Part shown: piece by piece, positions 1-13,038 of the stretch
Numbering within the stretch: the stretch's first letter is position 1
Layout: every line of letters begins with the position of its first letter
Origin: Lama glama
Taxonomy: Eukaryota
DNA: 64,000 nt
Direction: 5' to 3'
Assembly (NCBI GenBank): GCA_028534125.1
Contig: CM052817.1
Location: forward strand, 21,144,001-21,208,000
Translations under genes and position numbers: made by a program
The notes under the pieces: model-generated
Told to the model about the DNA's origin: nothing
Seen by the model: only the letters and a program-made list of their open reading frames with translations
Database searches by the model: none

Positions 1-178
1 AAGATAACATACTACACCTCATAATCTGTATCTCATTTTGATACAAAAACCTGCTGTCACAGATGGAGGGGAACTAGAAATGACATCTTTCAAGCATAAT
101 TGGAATTGTAAATACCAGATCCTACATGTGTACATGACATCATATGGGATACTGAAGTCATGAAAATTACCTAAGCCA

Positions 179-678
179 NNNNNNNNNNNNNNNNNNNNNN
201 NNNNNNNNNNNNNNNNNNNNNNNNNNNNNNNNNNNNNNNNNNNNNNNNNNNNNNNNNNNNNNNNNNNNNNNNNNNNNNNNNNNNNNNNNNNNNNNNNNNN
301 NNNNNNNNNNNNNNNNNNNNNNNNNNNNNNNNNNNNNNNNNNNNNNNNNNNNNNNNNNNNNNNNNNNNNNNNNNNNNNNNNNNNNNNNNNNNNNNNNNNN
401 NNNNNNNNNNNNNNNNNNNNNNNNNNNNNNNNNNNNNNNNNNNNNNNNNNNNNNNNNNNNNNNNNNNNNNNNNNNNNNNNNNNNNNNNNNNNNNNNNNNN
501 NNNNNNNNNNNNNNNNNNNNNNNNNNNNNNNNNNNNNNNNNNNNNNNNNNNNNNNNNNNNNNNNNNNNNNNNNNNNNNNNNNNNNNNNNNNNNNNNNNNN
601 NNNNNNNNNNNNNNNNNNNNNNNNNNNNNNNNNNNNNNNNNNNNNNNNNNNNNNNNNNNNNNNNNNNNNNNNNNNNNN
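179..678. other. Assembly gap (500 N)
   Basis: Run of exactly 500 N; fixed-size scaffold gap, true length unknown. Confidence 0.99.
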
Positions 679-2000
679 TAACATTATTAAACTTTAGAAA
701 ATCAGTGTATGCAGTCCATCAAATTAACAGTTAAAAGAGAAATGTTATATGATAATTTCAATAGATGCAGAATAAGTGATTGATGAAATTAAACCTCCAT
801 ACTTGATAAAACCTTCTAGCAAATCAGTAACAGAAGGGGACTTTTGCATTGATAGAGATTTGTTTGTTAAGGGTAAGTTAACTCCTATAGAAAACTATCA
901 CCAAACTTAAGTGATTAAAGAATATAATTTTTCTTGTTTGTATAATAGTTAAGTATACAGTCTCCTTATCAGAGGATTCTTCTGGGAGGCTCTTCTCAAA
1001 GTGGGGATTTAGGAACCCTGTTCTATTTTATTATATTTCTCAAACATACTCTATGCTCTTTACTTTCAATTTCAAGAAACAAACAAACAAAATGATTATG
1101 TTAGCTCTCATGTGCTAAGCCACAGAGTGGAGCACATCACTTACTCTATAACCATTTAGACCAAAGTAAGTTTCTCCTAAGGTTAAGTAAAGCTGGTACA
1201 TGTACAATAGCTCTGTGCCCAATTAGAAGAGAGGATACAATTTTGAATGCCTAGCAGTTGCAGCCACAAAGTAGCTCTACAACATAACTAGAGAAAATAT
1301 CATACTTGTTAATAAAATATTTAAACTTTCATTTTGAGATGTGAACAAGATATGGACATCCGCCATCAACATTTCTGTTCAACATTGGGTTGGAGATCTT
1401 AACTAGTGATAGGTCATGAAAAGGGAAACAATAGGTATAAGACCTGAAAAGGAAGGATTGCACAGTCATTTTCCTCATTAAAAAAAAAAATCACCAAATT
1501 GAACTTGAGTTTTAATATAATCTGAAAGACAAAAAATTTTGTGAAATTGACATTAGTAATTATATTAAAGTCAATAGTCAAGGATAGAAAAGACAATATT
1601 GAAGTGAAAAATGAGGATGAGAGATTTGTCTATGAGATACCAAGACATTATAAAGCTACAAAAATTAAGGTGGAGTGTTGCTGGAGCTGAAAGAGAAAGA
1701 AAAGAATCAATCACTGAAATAAAACAAACAACCCAGAAACCACCCATAACATATAGTCTTTGAATGATGAAAAGATGATATTATAGAAAAGTGGAGACAA
1801 TGCTCATTTTAATAATTTGTAATGGATTATATATGTATGTACACCCATTTGATACCCTTACCCTACACCACAAAGAAGCAAAAAGTTAATCATTTTAAAT
1901 ATTTACTAGCACAATGAATAACCTTAAACATGTGGATGTATGTCTATCCACCTTATAAGAAGAAACACTTACAAAATTGACAGAAATTGAATAAACACTA
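679..2000 (+). mobile_element. Old L1 (L1M-type) ORF2 reverse-transcriptase fragments, interrupted at ~870-1270
   Basis: Degenerate matches to L1 ORF2 motifs: ATGATAATTTCAATAGATGCAGAA (MIISIDAE), region ~1340-1410 resembling TRQGCPLSPLLFNIVLE, region ~1640-1685 resembling YYKATVIKTVWYW; many stops and frameshifts. Confidence 0.8.
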
Positions 2001-2607
2001 TTTGTAAGTTTAATTTTTACAAACTTCAAAAAATTAAGATAGCACAGAGATCATTTTTCTAATAAAAATGCAATAAATATCACCTTAATATTAAATGCAC
2101 ATATATTTAATACATATACATTAGCATATGTATTAAAATATTTTATATATTAAAATAATTAACTTAAAATTCAGAAATATATATATTTATATTAAAATAA
2201 TTAAAAATTAAATCTCTATCACCAACTTATTTTCTGCTGTATTTTTATCATGCACTGTTGTTCAGAAATACTGAAAGGAAAACTTAACACACAGAAAACT
2301 TTCATACATCCTAATTAAGATACTTGTTTTATTCTTACTTATTTAACAACAGAAATTAACATTACAAAATAGATTTGATTAAACCTTGATTAAAAACTTT
2401 GGTAAAGAAGACTTTCTGATTGGAAAAAAAAGTATGTTTATCCATGTAATTTTATAAAATCTGGGAGAAAGAGAGCCATGATAATAGAGTCAATTCCTGT
2501 GTCTTAGTAATGCCAAACTAGTTTCTGTTGATTTCATTATGCACTTGAAGTGAAAAACAAACATTCCACAGCTTATCCTAAAGTCACTCTTCTTTTCATT
2601 TTTGAAA

Positions 2608-3395
2608 AATTAAGACTTTACTTCCCAGAGAAGTTTATTTAAGGTTTACAAAAAAATTAACAGGAAGTCCAAATAGTTCCCATATACTCCCAATACCCCC
2701 ACACACAGTGTCACCTACTATTAACCTATTGCACTGATGTGGTATGCTTGTTACAATTGAAAAATCAACACTAATATATTATTATTCACTAAAGTCCATA
2801 GTTTATGTTGGAATTCACTTTTTATATTGATGAATTCTATGAGGTTTGCCAAATGCATAATGTCACGAATCCACCATTACAGTGTCAAAAAGAAAAGTTT
2901 CACAACCCTAAAAATCCCCTATACTATGCCTATTAATCCTTCTCTCCCTCCTTGTAATCTCTGGCAACCACTCATCTTTTACAGTTTTGCCTTTTCCAGA
3001 ATGTCACGTGCTTGAAATTATTCAGTATGTAGCCTTTTCACGGTGGCCTCCTTCTCTTGGCAATAAGCATTTAAGTTTCCACCATGTGTGTGGTGTGTGT
3101 GTGTTTGTGGCATAATAGCTCATTTCCCTTTGTTGCTGAGTAACATTGCTTCGTATGAATGTACCACAGTTTGTTTATCCATTCATCTATTGAAGGGTAT
3201 CTTGGTTGCTTGCAACTTTTGGCGATTAACAATAAAGCTTTTATTAATTTATAGGTAGGTTTTTTGGAAGACATGCATTTTCAACTCATCTGGGTAAATA
3301 CCTACCACAGTGATTGCTACATTCTATATTTAGCCTATGTTTGGCTTCATAAGAAACTGGGAAGTTGTATTCCAAAGAGGCTTTACCAATTTGGT
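2608..3395 (-). mobile_element. L1 3' end (L1MC/L1MD-like)
   Basis: Antisense L1 3'UTR hallmarks: AAAGTCCATAGTTTA, GTACCACAGTTTGTTTATCCATTCA, TTGGTTGCTTGCAACTTTTGGC. Confidence 0.85.
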
Positions 3396-4455
3396 ATGTT
3401 CTTGGCATATTAATCACAGTCATGTTAAACTCCTGTTCTGATAATTCAACGAAAACACTCTTGCCATATCCGAGTTTGGATCCTGATGCTTGCTTCATTT
3501 CCTCAAACTGTATTCCTGTATCTTAGCATGCCTTGCTATTTTTTGCTGAAAGCCAGACTTGATGTATCCAGTAAAAGAACTGAGGTAGATAGGTCTTTTA
3601 TGTGAGATTTTTCTGCTTATCTGGCTAGGGGTTAGGAGGTGTTTACTGTTTGCTTTACCCGTCAGTGTCAGAGGCTAAAATTTCCTCTAATACCTTTGTT
3701 TGTATCTCTCTTGTTTTCTTTGCATTTTCCTAGAGACTCCTTAAATAGGGTCGGAGACTTAGAGGTGGCTTTGTTTATTTGTTTGTTTGTTTGTTTGTTT
3801 GTTTAATCTGTAATCCCCTGTTGTTAGAAAGGATACTTACTGATATGGTGGTTTAAGTGTTAGGAGAGGGGAGTGCTCTACAACCCTAAAATTTGGTAAC
3901 AGGCTCTTACTGAACCTGAGTTGGGTATTTCCCTTTCTCCACATCAAAGGCTGGAGTTGGATTTTTCTCTTCCCACAGGGTTGGGTATCTTTGGTAAAAT
4001 CTCAGTTGGTCAGGCTCTCGTAAAACATTCTCCTTAATTGGTAAGTCTCGTCAAGAAAAGCAGAGGGCATTATACTATCTCAAATCAGCTCCTTCCTCTC
4101 CAATCTCTGCTGGAACCAGGAGGTTTGTCTCACGTGCTCAGAGTGAGAATCTGGTAGCCCTCCTGGTGGTAAACGCCTGAAATTCTGGAGGCCTCTCTAA
4201 GGCTGGGCCCCTCGAAGTCTTTAAGTCCCAAACTGGTCTGCACTAAGCCTCCAGCAATTTATCACTTAGAGTTGAGCGTTCCAGCTGTGGGCTTCTGTGT
4301 CAGGGCTTCTCTCGTAAGCTCTGGTTCTCTGTGCCGGTCTGTCTCTCCAATTTTTACAGCAGAAGTTTGCCCTGGGACCTCAATTCTCTGATGGATCTAA
4401 GAGCTGTTGATTTTCAGTTTGTTTAGCTTTTTCTGGTAGCTTTAGAGGTAGAAGT
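3396..4455 (-). mobile_element. L1 5' region (L1MC/L1MD-like 5'UTR/ORF1 start)
   Basis: Antisense old-L1 5' text (CTTGGCATATTAATCACAGT..., GGGACCTCAATTCTCTGATGGATCTAAGAG...TTGATTTTCAGTTTGTT); contains (TTTG)n. Confidence 0.65.
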
Positions 4456-5679
4456 AATATATTATCTTTTTCTACAGATTCTCCATTTACAATGAGAATT
4501 TTGTGCCATTTTCCATCTTCCTGCTTTTATGGCGAATGGAACTTTGGGATAATCGAACATGTTTCTCATTGTATAAGTTGATAAATCTAATGACTATTTT
4601 GATTTACCTCATATTTGATTTGAATTAATTTAGTGAACACTGCTTTATGGAATCAGAAAAGTATCTTAGGAAAATATCGTTCAAAGGGTGTGTGTGTGCA
4701 CGTAAAGTTAAGAGTGTTCATGTGTACTTCTTTTTAAACAGCATAATTATAAATTCAGCAATTTAAGAAAAACTATATCTACAATGAAACATTTCTCAAA
4801 ACTTGTAATGTATGTGTATTTTGACATATGATTAAAAACTCACAAATATATCCAATAAAATAATAACTGATTTGCCTCCATTTTTATTTAGATCCCTAAA
4901 ATGCAGAAGTAAATTATTTACCTATCCTGTTATGGTTTTTTATGGTTCTGGTCTGGCCCTTTATTTGCTGAAATCACATATTTCCCCATACCATATTTTC
5001 AATTAAAAGGAAGTAACTCTAAAATACATTTATGCAAATGGAGTTTGAGAAGACTTTTTTTTTTAAACAAAAATGAAAATTAGAAAAGAATGAAAATGAA
5101 ATGCTGCTTTGATTTGGAAACAAAGTGAAAGACAAATCTAACATGATTCTGAAACAGAATAGAAGAAATAGAGATTTTTTTTTAAAGATAATACAAAGTG
5201 CCCAGAGGACTAAATTATGGTGGTAGGGGTTAGGGAGGATGTTTTTTCGGGGAGTGAGGGCAGCTCAAGGAAAAGTTTTTTGGAGTAAATGATCTTTGAG
5301 TTTAAGTTTGGTGTCACTGCAAAGGAGATTAAGCAAAAAGAACAGTCCAGGCAGAAGGAACTGAATCTCTTGGGGTTGAGGCAGAGAAGGACCGGGCACC
5401 TAAGGATTAGCGCCTTAGACTCTGGGAGCCGTGGAGGAGGAAGAGGCATTGGTGACCTTTACTCCACAGGAAAACACGTTGTTGTAGCTCTCGCCAAATG
5501 TTGCAAACACCTCAAATTTATCCAACTGCCAAATTGCTCTGATCATGGTTTGACAGCAGACGGTGGCCCAAGCTCCTGCACCTCTCATGCAAAACAGCTC
5601 CACGACATTCTTTCCTCCAATCTCAGAGTCACAGAAGAGCACTTTATTGTCTCAGAGGGGGAAAAATCAGGCTTTATCA

Positions 5680-6645
5680 AAATTGAAACATCTGCTTTTT
5701 GAAAGACACATTTAAAGAAAGTGAATAGGCAAGCAATAGACTGGAAGAAATGTTTATAATACATATGTCTGAATTCCAAAATATGTATTGTGCATAAAGC
5801 AAAAAAACAAAAACAAACAAACAAAAAACCTCCAATGTTAAAAAGACAAACTAGAAAATGAACCACAGCAACAACAATTAAAATGATCTGGAGAAACACT
5901 TCACCAAGGAGAATGGAAAATAGGTAAATATGAAAAAGTATTCAACATCTTCAGTGAAATGCAATTAAATCCATAACAAGATAGTGCAACACAACCATCT
6001 GAGTGATGCTGAGGAATGTAACAGAATTCTCCTACATAGAGTGTAAAACAATCATTATAGAAAACAGTATGATAATTTATTATAAAGTTAAAAATATATC
6101 TTTCTTATAACTCAACCTTTCCAATGCTAAGTGCTTGTCCAGGAGAAATGAAATCATACACCAATATAAAAATTTTACAATAATATTTCTAGCCAATTCT
6201 TTCATAATCACCAAAAAAACAGAGAACAACCCAAATATTCATCATTAGGTATAGATAAATAAAATGTGTATATTCATACAATGGACTACAGTTCTGGAAT
6301 AAAAAGGACAAGTCACTGATTCATGCAGTAACATGTATAAATCCCAAGGCATTAAGATGCGTAAAAGACACCAGAAGCAGATGAGTTCATACTGTATCAT
6401 TCTATTTATCTGAAGTTTAAAACTGACGAAGCTGTTATGTGGTGAAAGAAGGCAGAATAGAAGTTGCTTCTAGGGATTTGGTGAGAATGGGGAGGTTACC
6501 GACTGGAAACTGAGACAAAGGGTGTTATGTCTATATTTTAATAACAGCACACTTTGCATGGGTGTATGCATCCATCAAAACCTATAGTGCTTTTATTTAA
6601 TATCTGTTCATTTCAAAGTACATAACATATGCTTCAAAAAAGAAA
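5680..6645 (+). mobile_element. L1ME-like ORF2 end and 3'UTR
   Basis: GAATAGGCAAGCAATAGACTGGAAGAAA, CAACCCAAATATTCATCA, TATATTCATACAATGGACTAC; ends in an A-rich tail. Confidence 0.8.
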
Positions 6646-6759
6646 AGCATTGGGAAGATATTTCAGTAGGGACATTTCAAGAAAAGTGCTCCTGAAAGAG
6701 CAATTAAGATGAAAACACAGCCGCCTGCTGGGTTTCTGTGCTCTTCTTCAAGTCCAAAA

Positions 6760-7775
6760 CCCACACTTACACATTACATCCCATCTGTGCTGTCCTCCAC
6801 AGGGATATCTCTCAGGCAATTTTCCCATCTCTTCTCTGATCCATTTTTTTCCCTTTTTTTACTGACTTCTTAACCTTAGCATAAAACACGCCCTAATTTC
6901 TCTAACCCAAGAAAAAAAGTTACCTCCCTACAGCTTCATATCTTACTTGTGTTCACATTTTCCACACTAAGCCTGAAATTTTCCCCTGAATCCAGTCTCC
7001 TCGTCGAACTGAAGTTGGGAATACCATATTCTCCACTGATAACAAGGAGATCATTTAATTGTCCTTGATTTTTTCCTCTCACACTCCATGTCAATTTCTT
7101 CAGCAAATCCTGTTGCCTCAACCTTGAAAATACATCCAGTTTCTTTCAATGTCTTACTACCTCCATCCATCCCAAACAGTGGGACCAAAGGCAGTGCTAT
7201 CTAGATTCTTGATTATCCCACAGCCACCTGACTGGCTTCCCTGCTTCCAGCCTTCTCCCCTCTGTCTTTTGTCAGTACAGGAGCAGGATAATCTCCTCAC
7301 CGTGTCACTCCGCTGTTCCAGATTCTTCAGCTGCAGTGCAGAGCTGACACTATCTTCATGGCATAAAATGCTTCTTCCATCTGAGATCTTTTCCATCCTA
7401 GACATGCCTTCTACTCCACTGAGCCTTACTGTCACCCTTGCTTTCTCTTGGGCCATAGTTTTTAGTAGTTTTCTCCATTACCTACTTCAAGACTTTGATC
7501 AAATACCTCCATCTCAGTGAAAGCTTTCTGGCAATGTGTTCACAGAGGATGTGGGCTGGGGAGGCAGTGAGGGTGAGTCCCTATCTCCATTCTCTGCTTC
7601 ATTTTCTTCCATATCATTCATCCTCTTTTAACATAATCGTTTAAAAATTTTTATTATTTAGCTCTCCAAGTGAAATATAAGCTCCACGAAGCCAGACATT
7701 TTTGTTTTATCCCTAGCATTCAGAATTGTGCCTCACATATAGTAATCACTTAATAAATATTAATTCAGCGAGTCA
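6760..7775 (+). mobile_element. LINE-2 (L2a-like) 3' portion
   Basis: CAGCAAATCCTGTTG...CCTTGAAAATACATCC, CTGACTGGCTTCCCTGCTTCCA; 3' terminus GTGCCTCACATATAGTAATCACTTAATAAATATT. Confidence 0.75.
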
Positions 7776-8278
7776 ATTTTGAAAAATTGTTGATATTCTT
7801 TTGATTCATCTAGGATTGACATGTAGTTCTGTCCTTGCAATTTGAAGTTATAGTCATGCTTTCTGAATTCTACTGAACCTGCAACGAAACTTAGAATGTG
7901 TTTATACATGATTTAGCATTTTCAGTGAGAGCGCTGAACATTAAAAATAATTCAGAAGCCTTATTTTCAAAGAACATTTATAATGGCCTGTTGTTTAAAT
8001 GTTTATATATATAAATGTTTATATATAATATGTATATGTATATATAATATGTATATATGGTAATATTACCATATATTATATGATATTATCATATATATTT
8101 AAATTATTTTATTTAAGTCAGTAGTATACTTAGCATCAGAGAAAATGCTTTCTTTTTTTCTTCATCTCTAACTTCCTCAAATGAAATCCAAAGTAATTTT
8201 TATTGCAAATTGAATAATATTTTAAGGAATCAAATTGGTCCCTCATCAGGGAAAACATGGCAGGAAGTTGAAATATTT

Positions 8279-8407
8279 CTTTATTTTTTGGGGGGGTGGG
8301 TAGAAGTTAGGCTTATTTATTTATTTTTAGAGGAAGTACTGGGGATTGAACGCAGGACCTTGTATATGCTAAGCATGCACCCTGCCACTTGAGCTACACC
8401 CTCCCTC
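8279..8407 (-). mobile_element. tRNA-derived SINE, Vic-1-like (camelid)
   Basis: Reverse strand: GGGGAGGGTGTAGCTCAAGTGG (A box) ... GTTCAATCCCCAG (B box), A-rich tail; direct repeat TGAAATATTT at 8269-8278 and 8408-8417 (TSD). Confidence 0.85.
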
Positions 8408-9004
8408 TGAAATATTTATTATCTCTTTTAAAACCAGACACCAGAGCAGCATAAGTAGAAACAGGTAGCTTTGCTGAAGGCTACAAAGTAGTACGTCTGA
8501 GTGCCTGAAAGGTAAACACTAGAAATCTCCTCTTTCCCCTAGAAGGAATGAAAAGAAAAATCAAGTCATGCTCTGTATGGCATTGTCTTCTTGCCCAGTT
8601 ACGACTTCTCACCAGCAATGTTGAGCCATGTTCGTGGGATATCTGTATTCATTTGAAGGAAATGGATAGCACTGTGGTGCTTTTAGGTAGGCTGGGTTTC
8701 TTTATCTCTGCCATAAATTTACGTGCTGTTAAATATACCAGATACATGGCTTATAGTAGTAAGCATCAAGTTTCTTTAATAACCTACATGTCAAAAAACC
8801 AGGAACCCACAACAAACTGAAGTACTGGAGAGAGGATTCAAATCTTTGCCCTGAAGGTACAAAGATACTTGTAACCTCTATTACTCAGTGCAACTTGGAA
8901 GTAACAGGAAACAACAATGTAAATTATTTATGTTACAATGCTTTGTATGATTTATTTGGATTTTCCAAAAATACCTAGGTTAACATTTACAACCATTTTT
9001 ACAT

Positions 9005-9226
9005 TTTCTTTTTTTTAATATAGTTTATTTTTTAGAGCAGTTTCAGGGTCATAGCAGAACTGAGTAGAAAATACAGAGAGTTCCTACATAGCCCTTCCCA
9101 CCCACGTATATATACTCACCTACCCTCAACATCCCCCATCAGTGTGGCATATTTGGTACAACTGATGAGCCAACACGGACACATCATTATCAACCAAAGT
9201 CCATAGTTTTCTTAAGGTAATCACTT
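9005..9226 (-). mobile_element. L1MC-like extreme 3' end
   Basis: T-rich tail, then TTTTAGAGCAGTTTCAGG...ACACATCATTATCAACCAAAGTCCATAGTTT. Confidence 0.8.
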
Positions 9227-10195
9227 ACAACATCTATAAACTGATTCTAAAGCTTAGGAAAGGCAAAAAATCTCAATACAGCCAACACAATATTGAAGAA
9301 GAACAAAGTTGGACAACTGACGCACTGAACGTTCAGACTGATAAATCTGCAGTAATCAGGACAGTGTTGTACTGGTATTGGTGAAAGAATAGACAACTAG
9401 ATGAATAGAACAAAACAGGGAACCCAGAAATAGACACATAAATACAGTCAACAGATTCTTGGAATTGAATCAAAGGAAATATAATGGTGCAAATATAGTC
9501 TTTTCAATAATTAGTTCTGGAAAAACTGGACACCCCAATGCAAATAAAATAAATAAATCTAGACACAGGCCTTAAACTTTCCACAAAAATTAACCCAAAA
9601 TGGATAGCAGACCTAAATGTAAAACAAAACTATGAAAGTCTTAGAAGATGACATAGAAGAAAACCTAGGTGGCCACGGTTATAGTGATACTTATTTAGCT
9701 AGAACACCAAAGGCACAGTCCCTGAAAGAAAGAATCCTAAAATTAAAAAAAAAGCAAAACAAAACAAAAAAAAGCTTTTACTATTAAAAAGACAATAGCA
9801 AGAGAATTAGAAGACAGACAAGCCACAGTCTGAAAGAAGATATTTCCTAAGTACACATTTGATTAAAGGCTGTTAACAAAAATATATAAAGAACCCTGAA
9901 AACTCGACTAAGAAAAAAACAACCTGATTAAAAAATTGACCAAAGACCTTAACAGACACTACAGAAGTCATACAGATGACAAACAAGCAAACGAAAGATG
10001 TTCCACATCATATGTCATTGGTGAAGAGTAAATTAAAACAACATAACATAATGTTTACACAGCTTTATTCATCATTGCCAAAACTTGGAGGCAACCAAGA
10101 AGTCCTTCAGGTACATGGATAAACAAACTGTGGTACAGACAACAGAGTTATTCAGAACTAAAAAGAAATGAGCTATCAAGCCATGAAAAAAATAA
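9227..10195 (+). mobile_element. L1MC-like ORF2 C-terminus/3'UTR (inverted relative to 9005-9226)
   Basis: ATATTGAAGAAGAACAAAGTTGGA (ILKKNKVG), GGTATTGGTGAAAGAATAGACA, AATGAGCTATCAAGCCATGAAAA. Confidence 0.85.
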
Positions 10196-10199
10196 ATAT

Positions 10200-10338
10200 G
10201 AGTAACTGCTGGTATCGTTTGGTGACCTGCCTTCATTCATGCTAAAATGCTCGCACTTTTACTTTGCTTTTGCACCATCAGTGCAAATGTCTACACAGTC
10301 ATTTCTATAAAAGAAAAAAGATCTTAATATTATTTTAA
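10200..10338. mobile_element. hAT-Charlie (Charlie1-like) fragment
   Basis: GCACCATCAGTGCAAATGTC...TCTTAATATTATT resembles a Charlie1 end; a related fragment lies near 10693-10740. Confidence 0.45.
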
Positions 10339-10359
10339 TCAGGATTTAAACTCTAATCA

Positions 10360-10670
10360 GGATTTCACATCTACTATTCCACCAAAACTGTCCTTGTCAA
10401 GATCACTAATGACCAGCATGAGGCTAAATCCAAGAATTATACTGAGTCTTCACCTTCTCCCATGGCTGGATTCCCCCTTGTCCTTTCATATATATTCTTC
10501 TCATGACTTTCAAAACAACTATCCTTTTAATTTTTCTTCTGCCTCACTGGTACCTCCAGGTCAGTTTCCTCTTGTCATTTAGCTTCTGTTATCTATTCAC
10601 TGTCTTGATTTTGGAAAGCTTCATAGTTCAGTTTCTTCATAGTTCAAGACTCCTCAATTCCTACTAATTC
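10360..10670 (+). mobile_element. LINE-2 internal fragment
   Basis: CCACCAAAACTGTCCTTGTCAAGATCACTAATGAC matches the L2 RT 'STETALxKVTND' region. Confidence 0.7.
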
Positions 10671-13038
10671 CTATGGTCCCTAAGAATATATTGGGGGTCC
10701 AAAAAGCCTAATCTGTTTTGATAATAATATTAGTTATGCCTAACTTCAGCATTGTTCAAGAGTCAACTCTGTATCATATCTTACATTCTGCAGGGAAACC
10801 CAAAGTTAATGTACATGGATAGTTTTTCTGCTCACTTAAAATGGGACTTACATGAGGGTGAGCGGTTTTACAATGTGCTGTGGTTACTGAGAAGTGAGAA
10901 AAACCACACATACACTTTAGAGTCCAGAAGATGCACAAATACTGTTTTTTCTTACATTTCCTATTATTTTAAGAAACAAATTTAAATGTCCAAACACTAT
11001 TTCAAAATATTTTATCACTACTATTTTTTTTCAACTTACATACATATGTTACCTGGGTCATTTTGAAGATTTTAGTTATATTTGCTACCAGTGTTTTTGA
11101 TTATGGTGTTTGGTACTGTTCCCATTTTTCACTATTTGGTAACTAAAATTGCCTTGCTTCCTCAATCTTTGTTTTTCTCATTCACCAATGAAATTAACTG
11201 TATATATATTGAAGGTTAAAGTTTAAAGCCTTGCGTTTACTATTTTCAGAATAAAATTTTACTAATAACTTGGATAAGTAAAGGACAGGCTATAAATAAA
11301 CATGCTCCTTCTTTGCAACAAAAATCATAAAACATATGTTAGAAAAAGGCAAGGGCCCTTCAGGCCTCTCTTGTAAAACAATTTTCCTAAGACAACAGGT
11401 TTCCATTCTCATGACTCTTCAGATTTATTTACAGATCAAGGGCACTGAAAGGTACATAACTTTGCCAGTAGAAGAGTTTCTGGAGACCGGGGCTCTTAAT
11501 CTGACTTCAATTGGATGTTTTAGGAGCTCTTAGATTATTTGAGACACCTGAAACAAATTTACGAGCCATGGTTGTCCTTCGCTCAGAATTCTAGGTTAGG
11601 AAGTGCCGAAGGCCCGGAGGGGGAGCTGCTCCTGAATAGTTTTTCTGGCCTGTGATTCAGCATGGGTTCCCGGCTGTTTCTTTGTTGTCGGCTACAGAAA
11701 ATGGGCTGCTTCTGTTATGTACCAATGTTGACGCTTTCCAGAGCTTCTGACAGAGGTGAAGAAATAAATGATTTGCAGTGGGTACTTTAAAGGGACTCTC
11801 GTGTTGGCATGACCAATTTATGGTTTTAACAGAGAACTATTCAGTTAATAATATCATTTTTATCTTGAGTTTCCTGCATTGTTGAACTAAATATAAAGAG
11901 CCTTTTGGAACAAAGCTGTGTATCAGCTTTGACTTTGTCTTTTATGTGAGTACAGCTAACTCTGGTAGGTTAGGAATTCATTAGGTAAATTGGCATGGCA
12001 ACTGGTTGTGTTCTATTGAAGAAGAAGAAAACACTGGAATGAAAATTCTGTGAAATGCTGATGTTCTATTTTTTTTTTTTTTGAAAAACGTTCAAGTAAA
12101 GCCATGAAGCACCATAAGTTAAAGGTGACTCTTTTCCTCCAAATATTGAATCCCTTGATTTTTGCTTTTAGGCAATTGAAACTTTCTGGAAAATTGAAAT
12201 CAAAAGGGATTTATTACCCAGTGTTAGGAGGATGCAAAATCATTGGACGTATATTAAAACAAAGGTTCTGGCCACACTTTTAGGAATGATTCCACCTTCC
12301 AGATAAAACTGCCTGAGCCAGGATCACAGCATCCATTGCAGAAAACAAACAAGCAAACACAAAACTTGGAATCAGAGAGCAGAGACGACATACTGCACTG
12401 TTTCTTTCCTGATCTGGGTCAATGCAAGAGACACCTCAACTTCCCCCTCCCTGTTCCCTTAATTCAAATCTGAATTGATGTTGTGTGAGTAAGCTAAAGT
12501 GTACCCAGAAAACTAGCTGCAGAGGCATTTGGGAAATAGAGTTTTAGATTCTTAGCACCACCTATACATGAATGCATGCTCAAAGAAAATTCAAATAGGT
12601 CTCCAGCATCAATCCACATTACATATCTGTCACATCTCTAAAAATACTTCTGTAAAATTTACCATAAATTGGAATTAAGCATATGAGACTCTGGTTTCAC
12701 TTATTTACATTATATGATAAATGATGAGCTCTTGTGAGGAACAGAAAAAAAATCATATCAAATTTTACACTATAAGAGGTAGATAGTCCTTGTTGCCCTA
12801 ATTTCCTTAATGCTTTTATTTTTGAGTGAATATGATCATCTTTGCTATTTATATAACATAGAACTAGGAAAATTCACTGCCATAATTTTTGGTGGTTGTT
12901 CATTTTATTTTGACTAAATGATAAAGTTTTCATGGACACAGTAACTGGGGTCTAGGACTTTCATTAAATGAGAAACATTTCATTTCTAAGTAAAAGAAAA
13001 TAAACATTATTATACCATAATATTCTTTTTCTCATCTC

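Noticed and set aside
19..684. 221-aa ORF
   Set aside because: Artefact of translating through the 500-N gap
5289..5702. 137-aa ORF, the longest gap-free ORF
   Set aside because: No recognisable domain; begins in L2-like and ends in L1-like sequence; overlapping ORFs on both strands are consistent with chance
8330..8407. tRNA gene (also ~24150-24220 and ~53755-53832)
   Set aside because: tRNA-like head has disrupted stems and is followed by an A-rich tail (with a TSD in the first copy), so these are SINEs
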